Source of the DNA: Lentisphaeria bacterium
GTDB taxonomy: Bacteria > Verrucomicrobiota > Lentisphaeria > Oligosphaerales > CAITYL01
Direction of reading: 5' to 3'
Length of the DNA stretch: 64,000 bases
Assembly (NCBI GenBank): GCA_041648735.1
Contig: JBAZOO010000005.1
Coordinates: 65,862 to 129,861, forward strand
Position 1 is the first letter of the stretch; each line of letters opens with the position of its first letter. Positions 9,309 to 16,246 of this stretch are shown here, in pieces. A program made the position numbers and the translations under genes. Below the pieces are notes generated by a model. The model saw only the letters and a list, made by a program, of their open reading frames with translations. It did not search any database and was not told the DNA's origin.

Positions 9309-9875
9309 TTAGTCCGCCTTCCAGTTGGTCAGGTCGTCGGGGTTGTGGGTTGTTGCATTGGAAATGGTGTCAGGGATTTTCTTTCCATCATACACCGATC
9401 GGCCATCTACGCCCGTGGAAAAGAGATCGTAGGATTCCTGGTTGTAGAATCCGGGGCAGCGGTAGTAGTAGGGCTTGCCAAAGGCGTCCACCAAGATCAG
9501 GATGGTTGGATCAGCGGTGCTGTGGAGGAACTTGAAGTTCTGGAGTGGCAGCAACGGTATTCCTGGGTCATTCCAGTTGGCGGGATCGGGGTCGGGGCGC
9601 TCCAGCCCGTGCATTCGTGGCGACCCCGCTTTGCCTTCGACGAACTGCTGGGTGATTTCCGCCACCGCGGGCTGGAGCGGGAAAAAACCAAAAATCTCCT
9701 TGTACTGCTGGAGCGCGATCTCCAGTTGCCTCATCTGCGATTTGGTCTTGGTTTCGGAGGCCTTGTGCATGGCGAAGCTGGCGCTGGCGATGACGATCCC
9801 CGCCAGGATGGCGATGATCGCAATCACCGCCAGCAGCTCGATCAGGGTGAAGTGGCGTTGGCGCATGGTGTCCAT
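9309..9875 (-). CDS. prepilin-type N-terminal domain protein, GspG/PulG-like pseudopilin
   Basis: MDTMRQRH|FTLIELLAVIAIIAILAGIVIA. Lower GC than the window average. Confidence 0.8.
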   Translation of the reverse strand: MDTMRQRHFTLIELLAVIAIIAILAGIVIASASFAMHKASETKTKSQMRQLEIALQQYKEIFGFFPLQPAVAEITQQFVEGKAGSPRMHGLERPDPDPANWNDPGIPLLPLQNFKFLHSTADPTILILVDAFGKPYYYRCPGFYNQESYDLFSTGVDGRSVYDGKKIPDTISNATTHNPDDLTNWKAD

Positions 9876-9885
9876 GATCAGCCCC

Positions 9886-10040
9886 GTTGTTTTTTCCCAC
9901 GAAACACGCTAAACACACAAAAAAAAGAAGCTACGAGTTTCAACTGCCAATCTTCACGGATCATCACTGGAAGCAAAAAACTTTCGGCTGTTTCGTGGGC
10001 GAAAGGATTTGTGCGGATTTGTGCGGATTTGTGGGAAAAC
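9886..10040. repeat. low-GC intergenic palindromic element with 3x tandem GGATTTGTGC
   Basis: TTTTCCCACGAAACA (9893-) pairs with TGTTTCGTGGG (9989-). It is followed by GGATTTGTGCGGATTTGTGCGGATTTGTGGGAAAA, whose reverse complement recurs at 14781-14813. Confidence 0.7.
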
Positions 10041-10079
10041 TCTGCGCCCTCCGCGCCTCCGCGGTGAGATTTTGTTGGG

Positions 10080-10712
10080 TCAGGGCTGGCGGTGGGCGGG
10101 TGGTGGGGGTTGGCCGCCGCCGGGGAGGGCGGGGCCGGCGGCACGCTGGAAGTCGGACGGCATGAACCAGTCGCGCTTGGGGGTCTTGCCGGTGAGCTGG
10201 GTGATCTGCTGCTCAATCTTGGCGATGGCGGCGAACGGCTCGGCCAGGTTGAAGACACCCGCGTCCAGCGTCTTGACGATGGCCTGGTTCTGCTTGGCCA
10301 ATTCCAGGTAGAGCTTGGCGGCAGTCTGCCATTGCCGGACGACTTCCGGGCGGGCGTTGGCCTGCTTGGCGATCGTTTCCGCCTGGGCCCAGCAACGTTG
10401 GGCGTACTGCTGGTTGCTGACCAAATCCTGCTGGTTCCCCTTGTAGATCGGCTCGTACATGCGGCGCAGCAGTTCCAGTTGGGTCGGCTTGGCCTGGCGT
10501 GCCCATGCCATGATCTTGGCGACGCGCTGCATCTCCTTCTGCTGCGGGGTCAGCTCTTTTTTCCCGCTGGCCGGCCGTTCCTCCCGTGGCGCTGGCGCCT
10601 GGGCGTGGATGGCGGGGGTGGCCAAGATGACGAGAAGCAGGGTTCCGGCCGTGGCCAGCCCGCAGCGGCGGCGGGTGCGGATGCCAGGGAGGGGTGAAAG
10701 CGGATGAATCAT
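10080..10712 (-). CDS. secreted, predicted all-helical protein of unknown function inside the pseudopilin operon
   Basis: 210 aa from the internal ATG (MIHPLSPLPGIRTRRRCGLATAGTLLLVILATPAIHAQAP signal peptide) of ORF 10080..10763. The mature part is Q/K/A-rich. No family recognised. Confidence 0.55.
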   Translation of the reverse strand: MIHPLSPLPGIRTRRRCGLATAGTLLLVILATPAIHAQAPAPREERPASGKKELTPQQKEMQRVAKIMAWARQAKPTQLELLRRMYEPIYKGNQQDLVSNQQYAQRCWAQAETIAKQANARPEVVRQWQTAAKLYLELAKQNQAIVKTLDAGVFNLAEPFAAIAKIEQQITQLTGKTPKRDWFMPSDFQRAAGPALPGGGQPPPPAHRQP

Positions 10713-10754
10713 GGTTAAAGTCCCGAATCGTCCTGGGGACGAGTTGCTTCCGTT

Positions 10755-11019
10755 GGAGTTCACGCTTCAGCGTGGGCTGCTTGGTTCGGGTTGGAGTTCA
10801 CGCTTCAGCGTGGGCTGTTTGGGGCGGTGGTGGTGGCGCTTTTCCGATCCCACACTGAAGTGTGAACTCCAGCGGGGGCTTGGTTCGGGTTGGAGTTCAC
10901 GCTTCAGCGTGGGCTGTTTGTGGGGGCAGGCGGCGTTTCCTCTGGACGGCCCACTTTCCGCCCTGCGAGGGATCGCCTGGACGGCAGGTCCCACACTGAA
11001 GTGTGAACTCCAGCGGGGG
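10755..11019. repeat. composite inverted-repeat element cluster, locus B (solo left arm + short unit + full unit with inverted core)
   Basis: - Left arms at 10755, 10793 and 10892.
- Right arms at 10849 and 10990.
- 34-nt short core at 10815-10848.
- 76-nt core at 10914-10989, which is the reverse complement of the core at 9202-9276. Confidence 0.85.
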
Positions 11020-11035
11020 CTTGGGTGGACGTTGT

Positions 11036-13510
11036 TCAGTCATTCAGGTATTCGTACCATTCGATCTTGAACCGGTTGGTCCGGGCGTCGCGGTAGAGCA
11101 GGGCGAGGATCTTCTGTTCCGCGAGGAGCGCACACCAATGCGTTGTTCCACCATCGCTATACTCTTTCCAGTTGCGCTGGCGGCTGGCGGGGGGGAGCGC
11201 AGTGATCGCGGCGTCCTGGTCCCGCAGATCCTTCACCGCCTGGGCGGTGACGATGACGTAGAACCAGTTGTGGGGCGAGGGTTCGGCCAGCGTCGCGAGG
11301 CGGCCGACCAGCAATTCCCGCAGCCGGTCGGTGTCTTGGGTGAAGACCGAACCATCGCTGAGCGCGGGGATGGTTGCGAGCTGCCCGCGGCGGAAGAAGA
11401 CCCTGGGCTTGCCGGCGGCCATTCCGGAAGTGGCGGTGATGATCTTTTTTGCGAGGGTGCTTGCACCGGCTTCATCAAGATAATCGGCGGCGGCGGCGGG
11501 GCGGGCATCGGCGTAGGCGGTGGTGGTGCGGACGGGGACGTTGCGGAGGAAGGTGATCCAGGCGTCCTCCTGGGCGGAATTGACGTTGAAGCGGCCGCGG
11601 CTGTCGGCGGCGTTGGTCAGCTTGACCTGGTCGAGGATGGCGGCGTCGCCGTCGGCATAAGTGCCGGAGCTGGGGTGGAACTTGCTGAGCCGCAGGGTCT
11701 GCCAGGGCGCGCCGCGGTGGATGGCGCCGAGTTCCCAGAGGGAGGTGGGGGTGTCGTTGCGGATGTAGGCGGTGGAGAGGTTGACCGCCGGGTCGGTTGT
11801 CGTTTCGGTGTCGCCCCCGTCCACGAGCTTGCCGCTGGGGTCGGCATTGCCATTTTTGGCACCATTGCTGTTGACTGGGAGTGGATCCCATTGGCTAGGG
11901 TCGAGGTTGCAGCGGGGGTCGGCCACGGACTTGTTGTAGCCAACGCCGGGACCGGGCGTGACGGCTTGCGGGGCCATGTCGCCGATGTTGGCGAAGTCCA
12001 GCAGGTTGCCGCCGCCATTCTTCAGGGTCGCCTGGATGTTGGTGAGGTTGAAAATGAGGATTCCCGGATGGATGCCCACTGTCTGGGGCAGGTTGAAGGT
12101 GAACGCCGGCGTGTTGTCCGTGTTGTAGCCGTGGGCGTTGCAGGCGACGGGATTGAAGGTGTGCGTCTGCCGGGGGAGCGTGGCGGGCGCGACCGGGGTA
12201 GCCCCCGCGGGCATGTTCACGTAGTCGAAGCCGATCTCCAGGATGCCGCCGCTGAAGGCGGTGTCGTAGATGTTGACCAGCTCGACCGTGACGGAGACGT
12301 CCAGCTTGTTGTCGTAATTGCCGCTGCCGACAGGGTTTTCGACGGAGGTCAGGGTGGCGGTGGCGGAGAACTCGTTGATGTAGGCGGCCTGCTCCAGGCC
12401 GACATAGGTGGCGGTGGCGTCGCCGGCGGCGACGGAGCCGGAAAAGTCGGTGGTGGCGGCGTCGTCGGGGTCGCAGTAGTCAATCAGGTTGGCGGCGACC
12501 TGGTCCTGGGTGCTGGCGGGCTGGAGGCTGGCGAGCCAGGGGATGCCGCTCTTGACGGCGGCAAGCGTGGCGCCGCCGCCGGCGAGGGTGGAAAGGTCGA
12601 AGCGGGGCTGGTCGGCGGCGAGCGGGGTCTCGCGCCAGGTCTCCGTGATGGAGCGGCTGACGGGGTGGAGGGCGTTGCGGACGGCGTCCCATTCGGCGCC
12701 GCTGGCGGGGTCGGTCTTTTTGGCGATGTCGAAGAGGCAGAGCCAGGCCTTCTTGTCGGTGGCCGGGCCGGGGCGTTTGCCATTGGTGAGATCGTCGTCG
12801 CGCAGCTTTTTGGCGAAGCCGGCGGCAATGCCGGGCAGGGGGGCGAGCTGGATGTGCTCGGGGAGGTTGAAGTCCGGCTCGTCGCCGAACCCTTCGTCCT
12901 GGGTGCGGGAGACGGCGGTGTTGGGGTCGAACATGCCGGAGGCGTCGATGGCGAGGTAGAGGTAGCGGCCGACGAGCTTGCCGCCGCTGTCCTTGACATG
13001 TGTCCAGCCGGTGTCGGGCAGGAGGGTGGTGGCGGGAGTGAAATCCAGGGTCGTGGTGAAAGGGACGTGGAGGGCGGGCGTGACTTGGGTTTGGTCCTTG
13101 TCGTCGCTGATGCTGGGCAGGTAGCGGCGGCCGTTCCAAGCGGTGTCGGCCACGTTGACCTCGAAGCTGCCGTCGCCATTGCTGTCCAGGGGGACGAAGC
13201 CGCTGGAGGCTGGATAGAGGTGGACATAGTCGGCGCCGGCCTTGAACTGGTTCTGGAGGGAGCTGGTGACCCGGGCGAGGCCGGATTCGGCGAGGAGCCG
13301 GGCCTTGACCAGGTCGGCATTGACGCTGGCGGCGGCGCGTTCGGTGCGGGTGGAGAAGGCGAAGGCCATGGCGAGGAGGATGAGCAGGGCGAGCACGCCC
13401 AAGGTCAGCAGCAGGGCGATGCCGCGCTGGTTCCGCTGGGCGGCGGGAAGGGGCGGGGGTGGGCGCTTGAAGAGGGCAGGGAACGGGTTTTTCATGGGAT
13501 GAATGACCAT
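11036..13510 (-). CDS. large GspK/PulK-like minor pseudopilin (824 aa)
   Basis: N-terminus ...QRNQRGIALLLTLGVLALLILLAMAFAFSTRTE resembles the GspK N-terminal segment. It follows a GspJ-like gene. The mirror ORF on the plus strand is a Gly/Val/Asp-rich shadow. Confidence 0.6.
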   Translation of the reverse strand: MVIHPMKNPFPALFKRPPPPLPAAQRNQRGIALLLTLGVLALLILLAMAFAFSTRTERAAASVNADLVKARLLAESGLARVTSSLQNQFKAGADYVHLYPASSGFVPLDSNGDGSFEVNVADTAWNGRRYLPSISDDKDQTQVTPALHVPFTTTLDFTPATTLLPDTGWTHVKDSGGKLVGRYLYLAIDASGMFDPNTAVSRTQDEGFGDEPDFNLPEHIQLAPLPGIAAGFAKKLRDDDLTNGKRPGPATDKKAWLCLFDIAKKTDPASGAEWDAVRNALHPVSRSITETWRETPLAADQPRFDLSTLAGGGATLAAVKSGIPWLASLQPASTQDQVAANLIDYCDPDDAATTDFSGSVAAGDATATYVGLEQAAYINEFSATATLTSVENPVGSGNYDNKLDVSVTVELVNIYDTAFSGGILEIGFDYVNMPAGATPVAPATLPRQTHTFNPVACNAHGYNTDNTPAFTFNLPQTVGIHPGILIFNLTNIQATLKNGGGNLLDFANIGDMAPQAVTPGPGVGYNKSVADPRCNLDPSQWDPLPVNSNGAKNGNADPSGKLVDGGDTETTTDPAVNLSTAYIRNDTPTSLWELGAIHRGAPWQTLRLSKFHPSSGTYADGDAAILDQVKLTNAADSRGRFNVNSAQEDAWITFLRNVPVRTTTAYADARPAAAADYLDEAGASTLAKKIITATSGMAAGKPRVFFRRGQLATIPALSDGSVFTQDTDRLRELLVGRLATLAEPSPHNWFYVIVTAQAVKDLRDQDAAITALPPASRQRNWKEYSDGGTTHWCALLAEQKILALLYRDARTNRFKIEWYEYLND

Positions 13511-13530
13511 TAGGGTGGGTGGGAAAGATT

Positions 13531-13675
13531 CACCACGAAGTCACGAAGGGCACGAAGTCCGAGCGAAGTTTTTAATTTTTGCCCACGCAACACACGAGAC
13601 TCCACGAACATTAAGATGATTGACTTCGCTCGGGCTTTGTGGTCTTTGTGTCGTTGTGGTGAAAAAGTGGTGAAG
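13531..13675. repeat. long imperfect low-GC palindrome (about 40-nt arms, about 52-nt AT-rich loop) plus shared 20-mer
   Basis: - Left arm: CACCACGAAGTCACGAAGGGCACGAAGTCCGAGCGAAGT, 13531-13569.
- Right arm: GACTTCGCTCGGGCTTTGTGGTCTTTGTGTCGTTGTGGTG, 13622-13661.
- Shared 20-mer: GTGGTGAAAAAGTGGTGAAG, 13656-13675, also found at 14944-14963. Confidence 0.75.
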
Positions 13676-13677
13676 CT

Positions 13678-14442
13678 TCAATTCCGGCCGCCGAGGAAGA
13701 TGATCTTGGTGAAGGTGCGGCGCTGTTCGGCCTGCTTGGCGGCGGGCAGGTCCTTCCAGACGGGCGCCAGTTTCTCGTCGAACACGGTCAGGCTCACGGT
13801 CACGATGTCGGGCGGGTTGTCCAGGTCGTAGGTGGCGCTCGGGGCGGTGTCCGGGTTGACCACCGCGCCGCCTTGGACACACTGGAAGACGATGTTTTCG
13901 ACGCCGCCGATGACTTTTTGTCGGCCGGTACCGCCAATGGTGCTGTACCAGGTGGCGGGGTGATGCTTGGCGTAGAAATCCCAGTTGGCGGTGGTGGCGT
14001 CGTCGCCGGTCAGGGCGCGCTTGAACTCGAAATCCGTCGCATCGTAGTTGTAGAGCACTTCCACGGCCCGGCTTTCGGTGCCGTTGAAGGCTTCGGTGGC
14101 GGCGACGAAGGCCAGCCGGTCGCGGTCGCCCGTGGCAATGGTTTCCCGTTTGCCGATCCAGAAGGGGATCTTTCCGGCGTCTTCGCCGTTGGGGATGGTG
14201 GCCTGGAGGTCGCGGGTGATGATGTCCAAGGCGGTGCGGGCGTTTTCGTAGATCCGGGTGTTGGTCTCGGTGTGGCTCCAGAGTTTCTGGGCGGTGCCGA
14301 AGAAGCTGAAGAGGGCGAACATGAGGATGACCAGCACGGCCATGGCGGCCAGCAGTTCGATGAGGGTGAAGCGGCGGGCGGTGGCGCGGAGCGGGGAACT
14401 GGAAACTGGCGACTGGAAACTGGGTGGGCGGCGGCGGTTCAT
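13678..14442 (-). CDS. GspJ/PulJ-like minor pseudopilin
   Basis: 254 aa from the internal ATG of ORF 13678..14583. MNRRRPP...ATARR|FTLIELLAAMAVLVILMFALFSFF. ATGA overlap with the upstream 116-aa ORF. Confidence 0.7.
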   Translation of the reverse strand: MNRRRPPSFQSPVSSSPLRATARRFTLIELLAAMAVLVILMFALFSFFGTAQKLWSHTETNTRIYENARTALDIITRDLQATIPNGEDAGKIPFWIGKRETIATGDRDRLAFVAATEAFNGTESRAVEVLYNYDATDFEFKRALTGDDATTANWDFYAKHHPATWYSTIGGTGRQKVIGGVENIVFQCVQGGAVVNPDTAPSATYDLDNPPDIVTVSLTVFDEKLAPVWKDLPAAKQAEQRRTFTKIIFLGGRN

Positions 14443-14789
14443 GGGCGGTGGCACCTCTGCTTGAGGAACTCGATGTCTTGCTGGTCCTGCGGGCGATTGA
14501 CGGCCCGCTTGGCGGTGAGCAGGTCGTCCAAGCCGGCGCAGCGGATGGGGATCCCGTTCTCTGCCATAAGTTTGATCTGCCATTGTTCGGGGGGGAGGGT
14601 GGCGAGGCGCAGCCGTTGTTCCTGTTTCCAGCGGTTCATTGCTTCATAGGATTGGAAGGTGATGTGGGTGAGGCCGGGAATGCGCACGGCGTAGGGGAGG
14701 GGTTGGACGCGGGGCTGCCGTGCCCAGAGTTCGTATTTGGCGTGGATGTCGTCGGTGCGTTTCATCGTCAGGCAGGACATTTTTCCCAC
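14439..14789 (-). CDS. hypothetical 116-aa protein (non-pilin) embedded in the pseudopilin operon
   Basis: ORF track. The C-terminal IPIRCAGLDDLLTAKRAVNRPQDQQDIEFL resembles the ...LI..K.A.GR.KD..D...L tail seen in some nucleotidyltransferase-fold/abortive-infection-type proteins (from memory). GC is lower than in the neighbours. Confidence 0.45.
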   Translation of the reverse strand: MGKMSCLTMKRTDDIHAKYELWARQPRVQPLPYAVRIPGLTHITFQSYEAMNRWKQEQRLRLATLPPEQWQIKLMAENGIPIRCAGLDDLLTAKRAVNRPQDQQDIEFLKQRCHRP

Positions 14790-14964
14790 AAACCATCACA
14801 AATCCGCACAAACATTCCGCACCGCGGGGACGCTGAAGCCACCATCCGCTAATTTCACGAATTCACACGGCTAAAACCGCGGCTTGAAATTCGTGGAATC
14901 AGTGGACAGCGCTTCGGTTGGGCTTTGTGCCGTTCGTGACTTTGTGGTGAAAAAGTGGTGAAGG
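14781..14964. repeat. low-GC intergenic palindromic element (same family as 13531-13675 and 9886-10040)
   Basis: The left TTTTCCCACAAACCATCACAAATCCGCACAAAC pairs in blocks with the right GGGCTTTGTGCCGTTCGTGACTTTGTGGTGAAAA. There is an inner hairpin CACGAATT/AATTCGTG, and the element ends with the shared 20-mer. Confidence 0.7.
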
Positions 14965-14987
14965 CTTGGGGGGGGGCTCCGGCGGGG

Positions 14988-15626
14988 TCAGGGCGCGGGG
15001 GGGGTGGGGTTGAACACTTCGAGGGTGTAGAGCGCCGTCTGGCGCTTGCCTTCGGGCGCGGCGGCGGGCCAGCCCACCTCCAGGTTCAGGACGACGCCAT
15101 AGTCCGGGGCGACCGTGCCATCCACCCAATTGCCGCCGTCGTGATATTTGTACTCGGCATCCGTCCGCCAGAGCCGGTAGACGGCCTGGAAGTCTTCGGT
15201 GGCGGCGGTCTTCTGGGTGAGGCGGTAGACGCCGGCGGCGCTGCCCTGTTCGAGCACGGCGGTGGGGCCGGTGAAGTCGGCGCTGCCCGGGACGGGGCTC
15301 CAGCCTTCGCCGCCGCTGGGCTTGCTGGTGGGCAGGCCGGTGATGGGGTCGGTGATGGCGGCAGCCCAGTTGCTCTTGCCTTGCTCGGCGAAGTAATGGA
15401 GCAACTGCTCGGCGGAGTCGGCGGAATAGCTGTCGGCGATGGCGTCGCGGCTGGCGGCGAGGCCGACGGGGAAGAGGGCCATGATGCTGAGGACGCCGAG
15501 GGCGATCACCGCCATGGCGAGGGCGACCTCGACCATGTTGAAGGAGGCGATGCGGCGGCGGCGGGGCTGGGCATGGCGCGTTCGGCGGGTCATCGGGTTT
15601 TCTTCCCTTTGCAAAAAAAGGGTCAT
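14988..15626 (-). CDS. GspI/PulI-like minor pseudopilin
   Basis: ...RRRRIAS|FNMVEVALAMAVIALGVLSIM (Glu at +5). ATG overlaps the stop of the upstream GspH-like gene (ATGA). An alternative start at 15593 is possible. Confidence 0.6.
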   Translation of the reverse strand: MTLFLQREENPMTRRTRHAQPRRRRIASFNMVEVALAMAVIALGVLSIMALFPVGLAASRDAIADSYSADSAEQLLHYFAEQGKSNWAAAITDPITGLPTSKPSGGEGWSPVPGSADFTGPTAVLEQGSAAGVYRLTQKTAATEDFQAVYRLWRTDAEYKYHDGGNWVDGTVAPDYGVVLNLEVGWPAAAPEGKRQTALYTLEVFNPTPPAP

Positions 15627-16246
15627 TGGTGCGAAATGCGCCCGGTGTATTGGTCGATCTCGATGTTGAGCACGTTGTCGCGGCGGCGCGGTTCCGCCTT
15701 GGTGGCGAGGGCCGGGTAGAAGCCCTCGACCACGCTCACGTAAAGCTGGGTGCCGCTGCCACTGAGGCGGCCGTTGGGCTTGAACGCCACGGCACGGTAG
15801 CTGCCGTTGGCCAGCCCGTCCGCCCCGGAAACGGTGACCGCGCTGCCGGTGCCGCCGGTGAGGTCGCCAGCGGGAATGCCGTTGGTGCCATCAATGTCGC
15901 CGATCACCGTGCCGGGCGGCATGAAGTCCCACTTGCTGTTGGGCACCCAGGCCAGCCAGTTCCGGCTGGCGTCGATGATGGCCGGGCGCAGGCCGACAAA
16001 GCTCTTGTCGGCGCCCGTGCCGCTGGCGGCGGCCGGCATGACCAGCGCCACATGTTCACGGTTGGCGATGGCGCACTGCCGGGCGAGGCGGAGCTGGGCG
16101 CCGACCATCCGGGCGCCGGCGTCAACGCCGCCGCCGACGGCGAGGCGTTCGAAGACCGGCACGGCAATGCCGAGCAGGAAGGCGGCGATGGCGATCACCA
16201 CCAGCATTTCCACCAAGGTGAAGGGCTTGCGGGTCATGGGGGCCAA
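15623..16246 (-). CDS. GspH/FimT-like minor pseudopilin (first gene of operon)
   Basis: MAPMTRKP|FTLVEMLVVIAIAAFLLGIAVPVF, followed by the GspH-like pattern ARMVGAQLRLARQCAI. Confidence 0.7.
   Translation of the reverse strand: MAPMTRKPFTLVEMLVVIAIAAFLLGIAVPVFERLAVGGGVDAGARMVGAQLRLARQCAIANREHVALVMPAAASGTGADKSFVGLRPAIIDASRNWLAWVPNSKWDFMPPGTVIGDIDGTNGIPAGDLTGGTGSAVTVSGADGLANGSYRAVAFKPNGRLSGSGTQLYVSVVEGFYPALATKAEPRRRDNVLNIEIDQYTGRISHQ

Noticed and set aside
10755-11019. Possible CRISPR array (22-nt repeat seen four times)
   Set aside because: - Spacing is irregular (38 and 99 nt).
- The repeats occur with an inverted partner arm.
- One of the apparent spacers is duplicated, inverted, at 9202-9276.
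- No cas genes are in the window.
10711-11070. 119-aa plus-strand ORF with internally repeated peptide (LQRGL..SGWSSRFSVGC / PTLKCELQRGLG)
   Set aside because: The peptide repeats are simply the translation of the DNA repeat arms at 10755-11019. It is not a credible gene.
11003-13513. 836-aa plus-strand ORF mirroring the GspK-like gene
   Set aside because: Its Gly/Val/Ala/Asp-rich low-complexity translation is typical of an antisense shadow ORF in high-GC DNA. The minus-strand product has a pseudopilin-type N-terminus and normal composition.
14968-14976. G9 run just downstream of the GspI-like gene stop, as a phase-variation tract
   Set aside because: At this GC content, runs of nine G/C are expected several times per 64 kb by chance (a rough estimate). 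The tract lies in a non-coding spacer with no obvious functional context.
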